Source: a virus (lineage: Duplodnaviria; Caudoviricetes). From it: a stretch of DNA of 64,000 nucleotides. The stretch covers positions 1 through 64,000 of the IMG/VR virus record IMGVR_UViG_3300021514_000002; one strand, 5' to 3'. The notes under the pieces were generated by a model, which saw nothing but the letters and a program-made list of their open reading frames with translations, was not told the DNA's origin and did not search any database. Shown one piece after another: positions 16,157-23,474 of this stretch (position 1 is the first letter of the stretch; each line of letters starts with the position of its first letter). The translations under genes and the position numbers were made by a program.

Positions 16157-16291
16157 TGGTCCGCTGGAGGGGAATCAAACCAAGATTTCTTCTCGGGGTT
16201 GCCGTTCTATAGTTAACGACCCCTACGTCCACCCACCTGTCTACGTTAAGTTTTGCACCAAAACGTCGTTCTATCATTGAACTACCAGCGG
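16157..16291 (-). ncRNA. Expanded tRNA-like RNA (Pro-like acceptor)
   Basis: CCGCTGG/CCAGCGG-A-CCA, normal D arm, 14-nt anticodon loop, about 60-nt variable insert. Confidence 0.6.
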
Positions 16292-16302
16292 TTAATATGT
16301 AT

Positions 16303-16331
16303 ACTATACGGTAACTTTAACCTAATGTCAA
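16303..16331 (-). promoter_or_regulatory. sigma70-like promoter with TAGGTTA box
   Basis: TTGACA-N17-TATAGT. Confidence 0.7.
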
Positions 16332-16717
16332 GCACTTTTTACTAATCTATATAACTTTTTATGTTGTCTTTTAAGTATTCTTGTAAGAAGCACGTAACAA
16401 TAAGCTTCGCTTCGTCTTATATTAGAATCTTCACCATACCCATAACCATCATATTGTATTTCTATTCTGGTCGTGTTCCAGTGTTGCATGATTTCTGATA
16501 ATTGATTAATGTAATTATATGCATTTAATAAGGATTCAACTTTACGTAATTCTTTGCCCAAAATTGAACCGATTGTAAAGCCGTCAAGTGTTGTAAAATC
16601 AAACGTACCCATTATATCATTATATTGTAGTTCGCTATGAGGCACAGATGTTTGTAGTCTGAATTTAACAGCTTCTGTTTTTATATCCGTAATGAAGTCT
16701 TCTAATAGTTGGTTCAT
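16328..16717 (-). CDS. Hypothetical protein
   Basis: Intact 129-aa ORF. Confidence 0.6.
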   Translation of the reverse strand: MNQLLEDFITDIKTEAVKFRLQTSVPHSELQYNDIMGTFDFTTLDGFTIGSILGKELRKVESLLNAYNYINQLSEIMQHWNTTRIEIQYDGYGYGEDSNIRRSEAYCYVLLTRILKRQHKKLYRLVKSA

Positions 16718-16740
16718 ATGGATATTTATATTAAAAATCT

Positions 16741-16896
16741 ACTTAGTGATGGGGTTCGAACCCATAATGGGAAATTATGTTTGGCTATTATTCCCAAGGT
16801 GGATTTAACCATGAGCCAAGAACATGCTATTATCATTCACACGCCCATCCGTATAGGCTTAAGCCACACCCCTGTATACCACTTCCAGCACACTAG
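16741..16896 (-). ncRNA. Expanded Leu(TAA)-like tRNA-like RNA
   Basis: Leu-type D arm, GTGTGG-CTTAAGC-CTATAC, about 80-nt variable insert, ATGGG-TTCGAAC-CCCAT; no CCA. Confidence 0.5.
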
Positions 16897-16907
16897 ATAG
16901 ATTTATT

Positions 16908-16990
16908 TGGTACGCCCGGTGGGAGTCGAACCCACAAAAGTCTACGGTCTAAACGTAGTAGCTGTGCCAATTTACATTAACCACAGGCGC
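16908..16990 (-). tRNA. tRNA-Leu(TAG), short variable region, enlarged D region
   Basis: CTACG-TTTAGAC-CGTAG, CCA. Confidence 0.8.
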
Positions 16991-17120
16991 ATTGTATTCA
17001 TTCGTAACGTTCAGTACTTTAGCTTCGTTACGACAAGGACACAGTAACCGTTGCCGCTGTACTACGGTTACATGTTTGGAGCCGGTACGTAGATTCATAC
17101 GTAGATCATCCGGCATTGTA
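16991..17120 (-). ncRNA. Three-hairpin RNA candidate between tRNAs
   Basis: GCCGG/CCGGC, GTAACCGT/ACGGTTAC, TCGTAACG/CGTTACGA. Confidence 0.45.
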
Positions 17121-17121
17121 T

Positions 17122-17197
17122 TGGCGGGGCAGACGGGACTTGAACCCGCAACATCTTGATCGACAATCAAGCGAACTACCAATTGTTCTACCACCCC
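17122..17197 (-). tRNA. tRNA-Asp(GTC)
   Basis: CTTGA-TTGTCGA-TCAAG, G73, CCA. Confidence 0.9.
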
Positions 17198-17366
17198 AGA
17201 ATTGTGCCACACATTTATCAGACCAACGAGTTGTGTTGGTCACCTGTTCAAGACAGGCGGTTTGCAGCCACCAAAAACCTAAACCAGAACAGACACCCCA
17301 TCTGTCTTCGTCCACGGGTGATGGACTATAGCAATTACTACCACTTCGGGCAGCAGTAATCTACTG
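17198..17366 (-). ncRNA. Hairpin-rich RNA candidate containing an isolated GCA anticodon arm
   Basis: GGTGG-CTGCAAA-CCGCC at 17256-17272 among several GC-rich hairpins. Confidence 0.45.
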
Positions 17367-17510
17367 TTTAGAGAATTTTTTAAAATGTTATCCAATGATA
17401 GGGATATTGTTTTACGAATAAACGTAAAATCTTTTTCTCAAGTTTCAATAATGGTAGTGTGCCTAATGTTACAATTGTATCATCTTTTTTCTTAAAATGG
17501 AATAGCATAT

Positions 17511-17738
17511 TCATACCTCTACTTTTTCAAGTGGCATAACCGTTCCATGTGGAGCACCATCATCATAATGACATTCAGTATCAGGATATGTTTGACCGAA
17601 TTTAAAACGCATGTAGTCAAACGTTTCGCCGTTCCACGTACCTATCGTAAAGTTGCGAGCTTCACAACGATACTCTGCACCAACTTCAAGTTGATCTTTC
17701 GGAATATATTTAGTATTTTCATCGTACATCACGATCAC
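17511..17738 (-). CDS. Hypothetical protein
   Basis: Intact ORF; ARNF..G.W.G..F segment. Confidence 0.7.
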   Translation of the reverse strand: MIVMYDENTKYIPKDQLEVGAEYRCEARNFTIGTWNGETFDYMRFKFGQTYPDTECHYDDGAPHGTVMPLEKVEV

Positions 17739-17761
17739 CAGTTAGTTAAGTTAAAAGAAAT

Positions 17762-17839
17762 TGGTACCCCACCTCGGAGTCGAACCGAGAGAACACTACG
17801 TTTTAAGCGTAGCCGCTTTGCCAATTAGCGTAGCAGGGC
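17762..17839 (-). tRNA. tRNA-Leu(TAA), short variable region
   Basis: CTACG-CTTAAAA-CGTAG, CCA. Confidence 0.85.
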
Positions 17840-17869
17840 ATAACGACCATGTTTCCATGGTCGCAATAG

Positions 17870-18640
17870 TTAAACTATTGTTAACGATGTACCACAGTCG
17901 GTACAAAATTTAGATGTTGCTTTATTTGTACGTCCACACGTAGTGCATTTTGATTTTGCCTTGACTGTAACAGGTTTGATAACTTGTTGGTTATCTTCTG
18001 TCTGTCCAAGCATTTGTAACACAATAACATGAGTTTTGGCTTCTGTTGCAAACCACACACCGTCTGTGAACTCCTGATCCGAAACAGACCCTGGAACAGT
18101 AAGACCTGCATCGTTTGTAAGAGAAAGAGTATGACTAGCATCGTTTGTTATATTACCAGTTGTGGTAATATCCGCCGAATAATTTACATTACTTCCAATA
18201 TTATTAGAAGCGTATGGAATATTGTGGTTTTGAACGATACCACGCATATTATTATATCCATCATATTGAGATGGGAATGGGCTTAATACTTTTTCGAAGT
18301 TAAATTCAATACGAATTAGTCCATCTTCAACACCAACGCCGCGATGTTGTTCAATAGCATTTGTTCGTTCAATAAATTTAAAACGATTGCCACTCGTAAG
18401 ATTGTAATTTTTAAGATATCGTTCAAGTTCAACATCGCGATTTGGTTCAATGATAAATTTTGTACCATCGCCAATATCTTCCCCATCAATTTCTATTTTG
18501 ATGAGTGCACGAACACTATTAAGGTTTTTGATTAGAACTGAATATTCGCTTCCGAATGGAACGTAGACGGTCTCTCCGAATTCACGTAGAACCTTCCCTG
18601 CAGATTTTAGAGCTACTGCGAGCTTATTATTATACATCAT
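17870..18640 (-). CDS. Hypothetical protein with C-terminal double zinc ribbon
   Basis: CTTCG..NK..SKFCTDCG. Confidence 0.75.
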   Translation of the reverse strand: MMYNNKLAVALKSAGKVLREFGETVYVPFGSEYSVLIKNLNSVRALIKIEIDGEDIGDGTKFIIEPNRDVELERYLKNYNLTSGNRFKFIERTNAIEQHRGVGVEDGLIRIEFNFEKVLSPFPSQYDGYNNMRGIVQNHNIPYASNNIGSNVNYSADITTTGNITNDASHTLSLTNDAGLTVPGSVSDQEFTDGVWFATEAKTHVIVLQMLGQTEDNQQVIKPVTVKAKSKCTTCGRTNKATSKFCTDCGTSLTIV

Positions 18641-18735
18641 GATTACTCCAATTGTACGGCGTACAGACTAAACACCTTATTATTATTAAAGTCTGTTAAG
18701 ATGAAATTTTAGTCCTTATGACAAAATTCCGAAAA

Positions 18736-19314
18736 TCATTTTACTTTATTTATACTTTCATTTTTATCTATTACTATAGACAATCTCGGTTCAGCTAATC
18801 CTGTACCGTATACCCAATGGGTATTTTCATGGTGTCTTATTCCATACGAACCTAATTCTATATTATTTGATTTAATATCGTAGCTTTCATCACTACGTGC
18901 ATCATTAGTCTTTATGACTGCCGTAGGTACGTGCAGCGAAAAGAAATTGTTTGCATCATAAATCATTGTTTCTAAACTATTAGACCATTTCCACCATTCA
19001 CTTGTGACGTGGATTAGTTCCAACTTCATAAAATACTTTTGATGAGTGTCATCTTCATCGTCGTCACGAAAACACGGCGTAATCGCGCAATATTTTCCAG
19101 CCGTTAGTTTGCCAGTTTTCATTAGATGTAAAAAGGATTGTTCCGCACTTCCAACCAAATGTTTATCAAGATACTTACTATTCTCAAGATTAATATTTTG
19201 GCGTGCAGTTATCCTTATCACATCTTCTGGCACTGTCCAAGGTACATCAATTAATTTGTAACCGTTGTCTTGGTAGTATTCAACCGCATCGGCGATTAAC
19301 AAATAGTCAATCAC
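18736..19314 (-). CDS. Stand-alone class II aminoacyl-tRNA-synthetase-like catalytic domain
   Basis: VPW motif 1, GSAEQSF, TPCFRDD motif 2, ELGSYG and GTGLAEPR motif 3; no anticodon-binding domain. Confidence 0.75.
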   Translation of the reverse strand: MIDYLLIADAVEYYQDNGYKLIDVPWTVPEDVIRITARQNINLENSKYLDKHLVGSAEQSFLHLMKTGKLTAGKYCAITPCFRDDDEDDTHQKYFMKLELIHVTSEWWKWSNSLETMIYDANNFFSLHVPTAVIKTNDARSDESYDIKSNNIELGSYGIRHHENTHWVYGTGLAEPRLSIVIDKNESINKVK

Positions 19315-19433
19315 TCACGCGGCCAGCTGATAGCGGGTTCTTTGTGTCCACAGCATTTACATGTTGATGTACCTGCGGCGTTATCACTATCAAAGTACAG
19401 GAAGTGTCCAAATACCTTACAAAGTAGTTTCAT
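19311..19433 (-). CDS. Small Cys/His-rich protein (40 aa)
   Basis: ATGA and GTGA overlaps with both neighbours. Confidence 0.55.
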   Translation of the reverse strand: MKLLCKVFGHFLYFDSDNAAGTSTCKCCGHKEPAISWPRE

Positions 19434-19678
19434 TGTCTTCCCCCGTCACTAAATGCCCGTTTCGTGGCTTCGGACATTATTTCTAAATCTTTCATAGTTA
19501 TTTCTGGAAAATATTTTTTCAAGTAACCATCAAGTGCACCATAGACATCTGACAATTCGCACATTGCCATTATCATGTTGTCTTGCTCAAGGGCTTCTTT
19601 TAATTCATCCAGTTCTTCTTCTATCTTAGAAATTTCACCGTATTCACCCTTTTTGATTTCTCTTAAATGATATCCCAT
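19430..19678 (-). CDS. MazG/HisE-like all-alpha NTP pyrophosphohydrolase
   Basis: KIEEELDEL...ELSDVYGA. Confidence 0.65.
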   Translation of the reverse strand: MGYHLREIKKGEYGEISKIEEELDELKEALEQDNMIMAMCELSDVYGALDGYLKKYFPEITMKDLEIMSEATKRAFSDGGRQ

Positions 19679-19681
19679 GGT

Positions 19682-19951
19682 TTACTTCCTATCAAAATGG
19701 CCTATGCTATGTAGAAATCTCCTAACAGGTTCTTCGGCTTTTTCCCATTTGTCAGTGCCATACCGCCAAGCAAGTTCCCAATGGTAGCAATCAAGATCTT
19801 CTTTACCATTTTTCCAAGGCTTATTAAAAACCCTTTGGAATTCTTCTTTCATGGCGACGTATTCATTGCACCAACAAACTGAACCACGTCCACAACCGAG
19901 ACCGTCACAACTTCCATTTACTATTGCCGGAAAATTGTTTTCTTCGTTCAT
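19682..19951 (-). CDS. Hypothetical protein
   Basis: GAGG SD, intact ORF. Confidence 0.6.
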   Translation of the reverse strand: MNEENNFPAIVNGSCDGLGCGRGSVCWCNEYVAMKEEFQRVFNKPWKNGKEDLDCYHWELAWRYGTDKWEKAEEPVRRFLHSIGHFDRK

Positions 19952-19967
19952 TTTATTTGTCCTCGTT

Positions 19968-20054
19968 TGGTGCGGGTGGTGGGAGTCGAACCCACATGAC
20001 CTTTCAGTCGTCGCATTTTAAGTGCGGTGCATATACCAATTTCGCCACACCCGC
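19968..20054 (-). tRNA. tRNA-Leu(TAA), long variable arm
   Basis: Loop CTTAAAA, Leu D loop, A73, CCA. Confidence 0.9.
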
Positions 20055-20134
20055 AAAATAATTAATCAAGCGGCAATTTGAGTAGACCTTTGCTCTTATC
20101 ACTGGGACGGTCAGGCAGGGACTTGATTATTTTA

Positions 20135-20344
20135 TTAAACTGTTACACCACGTGTAGCTAAAACGGTACGGGCATTTTGATGCCAACGTCCCTTGCCAGC
20201 TGTTTCAAGCACAGTTTTAAGATCTTCCGTTGACATTGTAACTGCAGAAGTACCACTTTTACGTGTACCAATGCGGAATTTATGTGGAAGATTTGTACGG
20301 ATAATACGATTATCCACTTTTCTAGCTCTTACTCGTTTTGGCAT
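20135..20344 (-). CDS. Small basic protein
   Basis: ATG at 20344 just downstream of promoter 20379-20407. Confidence 0.6.
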   Translation of the reverse strand: MPKRVRARKVDNRIIRTNLPHKFRIGTRKSGTSAVTMSTEDLKTVLETAGKGRWHQNARTVLATRGVTV

Positions 20345-20378
20345 TTTCTTAGCCCTTTTGTTGGTTGATAAAAAATAT

Positions 20379-20407
20379 ATTATATAACCTATTAAAACAA
20401 AAGTCAA
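20379..20407 (-). promoter_or_regulatory. sigma70-like promoter overlapped by TAACCTA-N16-TAGGTTA inverted repeat
   Basis: TTGACT-N17-TATAAT. Confidence 0.75.
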
Positions 20408-20414
20408 TAGGTTA

Positions 20415-20720
20415 TTACCAATAATTCCAATTGGCATCCTTTTTGAAAAGGATGAATACGGGTTCTTCATTGTTGCTACGAACAGCGTGGTTAAGAATAG
20501 CATTATTCTTAGCACGGAAAGTACGGTTTAAACACTGACGAAAATCTTTAGGAGCGTTAAATTCATATTTGTCAGAATGGTAATCTGCCAAACGTTTTTT
20601 GCGTTCCACGGTATAGTCAATATTTACAGCTTGGGCTTCATGTTCGTAATAGTTATACCAATCATCTACAAACCAATACTCTTCCCAACGTTCATTTTTT
20701 CTACGGATAGTTCTTGACAT
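20415..20720 (-). CDS. Hypothetical protein
   Basis: GGAG SD, intact ORF. Confidence 0.7.
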   Translation of the reverse strand: MSRTIRRKNERWEEYWFVDDWYNYYEHEAQAVNIDYTVERKKRLADYHSDKYEFNAPKDFRQCLNRTFRAKNNAILNHAVRSNNEEPVFILFKKDANWNYW

Positions 20721-20772
20721 ACATTTCTCCTTTGTGGGATGTATGATCGACTATCGTAGTTTAAGTAATGCT

Positions 20773-20991
20773 TCATAAGATTTCTCCTAGCTTTTGTTTC
20801 GTAACCTTGGCTTTGATTCTAATTGCCCAACAGTTGTATTTAATATTATAATATATTGAATTAATACTCTTGTCAAGTTTCTCACATATTGGGATAAGTT
20901 TTTCTTTAGTATCACAAATTACGTAATGATTCCCACCTAAACCTATTTTCAATTCAGGGGTTTTGAATGATAATGTTACTAATGAAACCAT
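20773..20991 (-). CDS. Hypothetical protein
   Basis: GAGG SD, intact ORF. Confidence 0.6.
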   Translation of the reverse strand: MVSLVTLSFKTPELKIGLGGNHYVICDTKEKLIPICEKLDKSINSIYYNIKYNCWAIRIKAKVTKQKLGEIL

Positions 20992-21009
20992 GGTATTATC
21001 CCTCTTATT

Positions 21010-21083
21010 TGGCGGACCGCCAGGGATTCGAACCCCGCACGCTGTAGTTTGGAGCCACGGCTGCTTACCCGTGAGCGCGATCC
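21010..21083 (-). tRNA. tRNA-Trp(CCA)
   Basis: Loop CTCCAAA, G73, CCA. Confidence 0.85.
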
Positions 21084-21089
21084 ATTGTT

Positions 21090-21169
21090 TGGTACCGACG
21101 GCGGGGTTCGAACCTGCATGTGTCCAGTTAACCTTTCAACACGTTCGTAGCGTGAGGGTATACGACGGC
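21090..21169 (-). tRNA. Non-canonical tRNA-Arg(ACG) lacking a normal D arm
   Basis: Only TATACC between acceptor and TCACG-CTACGAA-CGTGT; 21-nt region with TAACTGG follows; T arm and CCA normal. Confidence 0.6.
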
Positions 21170-21230
21170 ATTACTTTCTAAGCAAATATTATTTTGTAAC
21201 ATAATAAAAAATTATTTATTGTGTTAAAAT

Positions 21231-21305
21231 TGGTGCACCCGATAGGATTCGAACCTATGTCTCCGGATCTTCAATCCAGCGCTAATCCATCTCAGCTACA
21301 AGTGC
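21231..21305 (-). tRNA. tRNA-Phe(GAA)
   Basis: CTGGA-TTGAAGA-TCCGG, CCA. Confidence 0.9.
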
Positions 21306-21310
21306 ATATA

Positions 21311-21949
21311 TTAAAATATTATTTTTCTACCCTTAGTCCATCCTTCTAACAGGTAACATTCCATTTCCTCTTTTTTAATCTTGATTGATTTCTTTTTAGA
21401 TAGTGAATAGATCCAACAAGTCCCATACTGTGAATTCTTTTTACCGATTTGATGGTTGTTGGTTTTATGCGTTGCTCGCATTTTCTTTTTTGCTTTACCT
21501 GAGTGTTTTCTCCCTGTCCAGTCTGGCGGTTGTACAACGTTCCGTCCATTCGCATAAGCTTTTTTTCCTGCTGCGCTTATATTCTTGGATTTATTTTCTA
21601 ACCATATCGGATCATTTTTTCTTAACCATTTTAATTTTTCAACGGCGGATTTATTATAACCACCCACCCCACCTATTGTTATATTCATGCACAGTGAGTC
21701 ATGTAGTAAATCTTCATTTATGATATCAGATTCCTTTTCTTTAAGTGTTTTCCTGTCAGGTAAAAATTCTAATATTTCGGTTTTGTGATTTTCTTTCCCA
21801 TGTTTATTCACAGAATACCATAAACGTTTCCCAGATCCAATATACCCGTCGTCTAAGTCATTAGTTGAATGCATTCCGATATAATATTTGTTGTTTATTA
21901 TATTGGTCGTTTTATAGATATAATGATATTTCTTTTCTTTTCTTGGCAT
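21311..21949 (-). mobile_element. GIY-YIG homing endonuclease with NUMOD3-like region
   Basis: YIYKTTN..NNKYYIG; YIGSG; GRKHS..AKKKM. Confidence 0.85.
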
Positions 21950-22038
21950 CTTTGCTCCCCTTTGATCTATTTATCAAGAGGAACAAAAGTTCAATACAAA
22001 CCAACGGGGATTGAACCATCATTGTTGTAATTATAATT

Positions 22039-22113
22039 TGGGGTGACATTACGGTCTTGAACCGAAATCTTTCTCCTTCACAGGGAGGGGCTTTACTTTA
22101 AGCTAATATCACC
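22039..22113 (-). tRNA. tRNA-His(GTG)
   Basis: Loop CTGTGAA; encoded G-1:C73 pair. Confidence 0.9.
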
Positions 22114-22296
22114 ATTGAAATCGTGCGACTTATGTAGATTACTACGGCGCGTCGTTTAAATTAATTAACTATGGGCGTCAACTCCACAGCCCAAGACAGT
22201 AATCGTATTACTTGTCCGAGGCAGTCGCATAGGTTTTATTGGGTTATGAGTCCGTATTATCCTACTTGATGCTACACTTGTGTGCTTAGTTAATTA
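22114..22296 (-). ncRNA. Structured RNA candidate with possible pseudoknot
   Basis: AATTAACTA/TAGTTAATT closing stem; internal TGCGACT complementary to downstream AGTCGCA. Confidence 0.45.
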
Positions 22297-22302
22297 AAAA
22301 TT

Positions 22303-22377
22303 TGGCGACCATGAAGGGAATCGAACCCTCATTGGGCTGATAGACAATCAGCTGCATTACCAGTCTGCTACATGGCC
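22303..22377 (-). tRNA. tRNA-Asp(GTC)
   Basis: GCTGA-TTGTCTA-TCAGC, G73, CCA. Confidence 0.9.
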
Positions 22378-22383
22378 ATTGTT

Positions 22384-22713
22384 TTATTTTTGTGGATAAC
22401 ATTCACAGTTAGGACCACATGATTTACCTTCAGGTACGTTACCTGATTCATAATCTTCAATACTATATCTTTCAACGTCATCCGTATACGGTTTCGTTTT
22501 TATTTCACCCGATTTAATCTTGTTAAGAAAACCGAATGTATCATTTGCGATTTCTTGCGCAGTTTTACCTTCGCGGAAATCTTCAAGTAATCCAGCATAA
22601 TCAAATGTAACATGTACATTCCCACCAGACTGTTCTTTAATTTCTACTAAAACTTCATTAATGAAACTAAGTTCTTCTTTTGTATATCCATCACCGAATA
22701 ATAAATCAAACAT
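22384..22713 (-). CDS. Hypothetical protein
   Basis: GAGG SD, intact ORF. Confidence 0.65.
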   Translation of the reverse strand: MFDLLFGDGYTKEELSFINEVLVEIKEQSGGNVHVTFDYAGLLEDFREGKTAQEIANDTFGFLNKIKSGEIKTKPYTDDVERYSIEDYESGNVPEGKSCGPNCECYPQK

Positions 22714-22744
22714 TTTTACACCTCTATCTTTTATCTTTTATAAA

Positions 22745-22822
22745 TGGTGTCACGAACGAGACTCGAACTCGCATCTCTCAGGTTGAAAGCCTGATGTTCT
22801 ATTCCAGTTAAACTACCGTGAC
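22745..22822 (-). tRNA. tRNA-Glu(TTC)
   Basis: TCAGG-CTTTCAA-CCTGA, CCA. Confidence 0.9.
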
Positions 22823-22831
22823 ATAATTTTG

Positions 22832-22915
22832 TATTCCAGACGGGAGTTGAACCCGCTAATTGCTTGCGCAAAGCCAGCTTGAAAGGCTGGTGACCCACCG
22901 TTAGTCATCTGGAAT
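22832..22915 (-). tRNA. tRNA-Glu(TTC) with long variable arm, no encoded CCA
   Basis: CCAGC-CTTTCAA-GCTGG then TTGC-GCAA-GCAA hairpin. Confidence 0.75.
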
Positions 22916-22922
22916 ATTTTTT

Positions 22923-22988
22923 TGGCGACTGCGCGAGGATTTTGGCCTCCGTTATTTACCAAAGTGGTCATGACGCACTTTCGCTGTC
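22923..22988 (-). pseudogene. Degenerate tRNA-like remnant
   Basis: Ends GCCA, partial acceptor pairing and T-arm-like hairpin; no clear anticodon arm. Confidence 0.3.
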
Positions 22989-22995
22989 CATTGTT

Positions 22996-23109
22996 TGGTG
23001 CGCCAAGGGGGACTCGAACCCTATCTTACCGTCCAAGATGATCAAGTCATATTCAGTAAGCCATCTCCCACATTCGTTAGTGGAGTTCTGCCAATTAAAC
23101 TACCGGCGC
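22996..23109 (-). ncRNA. Expanded tRNA-like RNA with 8-nt anticodon loop
   Basis: GCGCCGG/TTGGCGC-A-CCA, normal D arm, TCCAC-TAACGAAT-GTGGG, about 45-nt variable insert. Confidence 0.6.
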
Positions 23110-23120
23110 ATTATTTAATT

Positions 23121-23204
23121 TGGTGCAGCGAGGTGGAGTTGAACCACCACAGCCAGAGGCACTTGATTTACAGTCAAGAGGGTTCACCAATACCCAGCCG
23201 CTAC
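23121..23204 (-). tRNA. tRNA-Tyr(GTA)
   Basis: CTTGA-CTGTAAA-TCAAG, long variable arm, CCA. Confidence 0.9.
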
Positions 23205-23220
23205 ATTATTTTATTTTGTT

Positions 23221-23296
23221 TGGCAGCCCTATCAGGATTCGAACCTGAAATGCGACATTCAAAGTGTCGTGTGTTAGCCAATTACACCATAGGGCT
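23221..23296 (-). tRNA. tRNA-Gln(TTG)
   Basis: CGACA-CTTTGAA-TGTCG, G73, CCA. Confidence 0.9.
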
Positions 23297-23304
23297 ATAT
23301 TGTT

Positions 23305-23382
23305 TGGTCCGTGCGACTGGATTTGAACCAGCATATTCCCGGCTCCAGACCGGGACGATTACCAAGTTTTCGTTACACACGG
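23305..23382 (-). tRNA. tRNA-Pro(TGG) with atypical C33/A37
   Basis: CCCGG-TCTGGAG-CCGGG; C1-G72, A73, CCA. Confidence 0.75.
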
Positions 23383-23386
23383 ATAA

Positions 23387-23463
23387 TATGGGCAGTTGGA
23401 TTTCATACCAACAATTTCTTTCGTAGAGAAACGCTGTCCTATGAAGGTTTAGACTATACCCAT
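23387..23463 (-). ncRNA. Degenerate tRNA-like RNA with ACG anticodon arm
   Basis: ATGGGTA/TGCCCAT acceptor, TTTCT-CTACGAA-AGAAA, GTTGG/CCAAC with non-canonical T loop; no CCA. Confidence 0.5.
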
Positions 23464-23474
23464 TATTTTTAATT

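Noticed and set aside
20065-20127. ATCAAG/CTTGAT-closed hairpin resembling a small ribozyme or riboswitch
   Set aside because: No hammerhead (CTGANGA/GAAA), pistol, preQ1 or SAM-II consensus that I could match.
22001-22027. T-arm-like fragment (GGTTCAATCCCC)
   Set aside because: No matching acceptor or anticodon arm; at most a remnant left by the endonuclease insertion.
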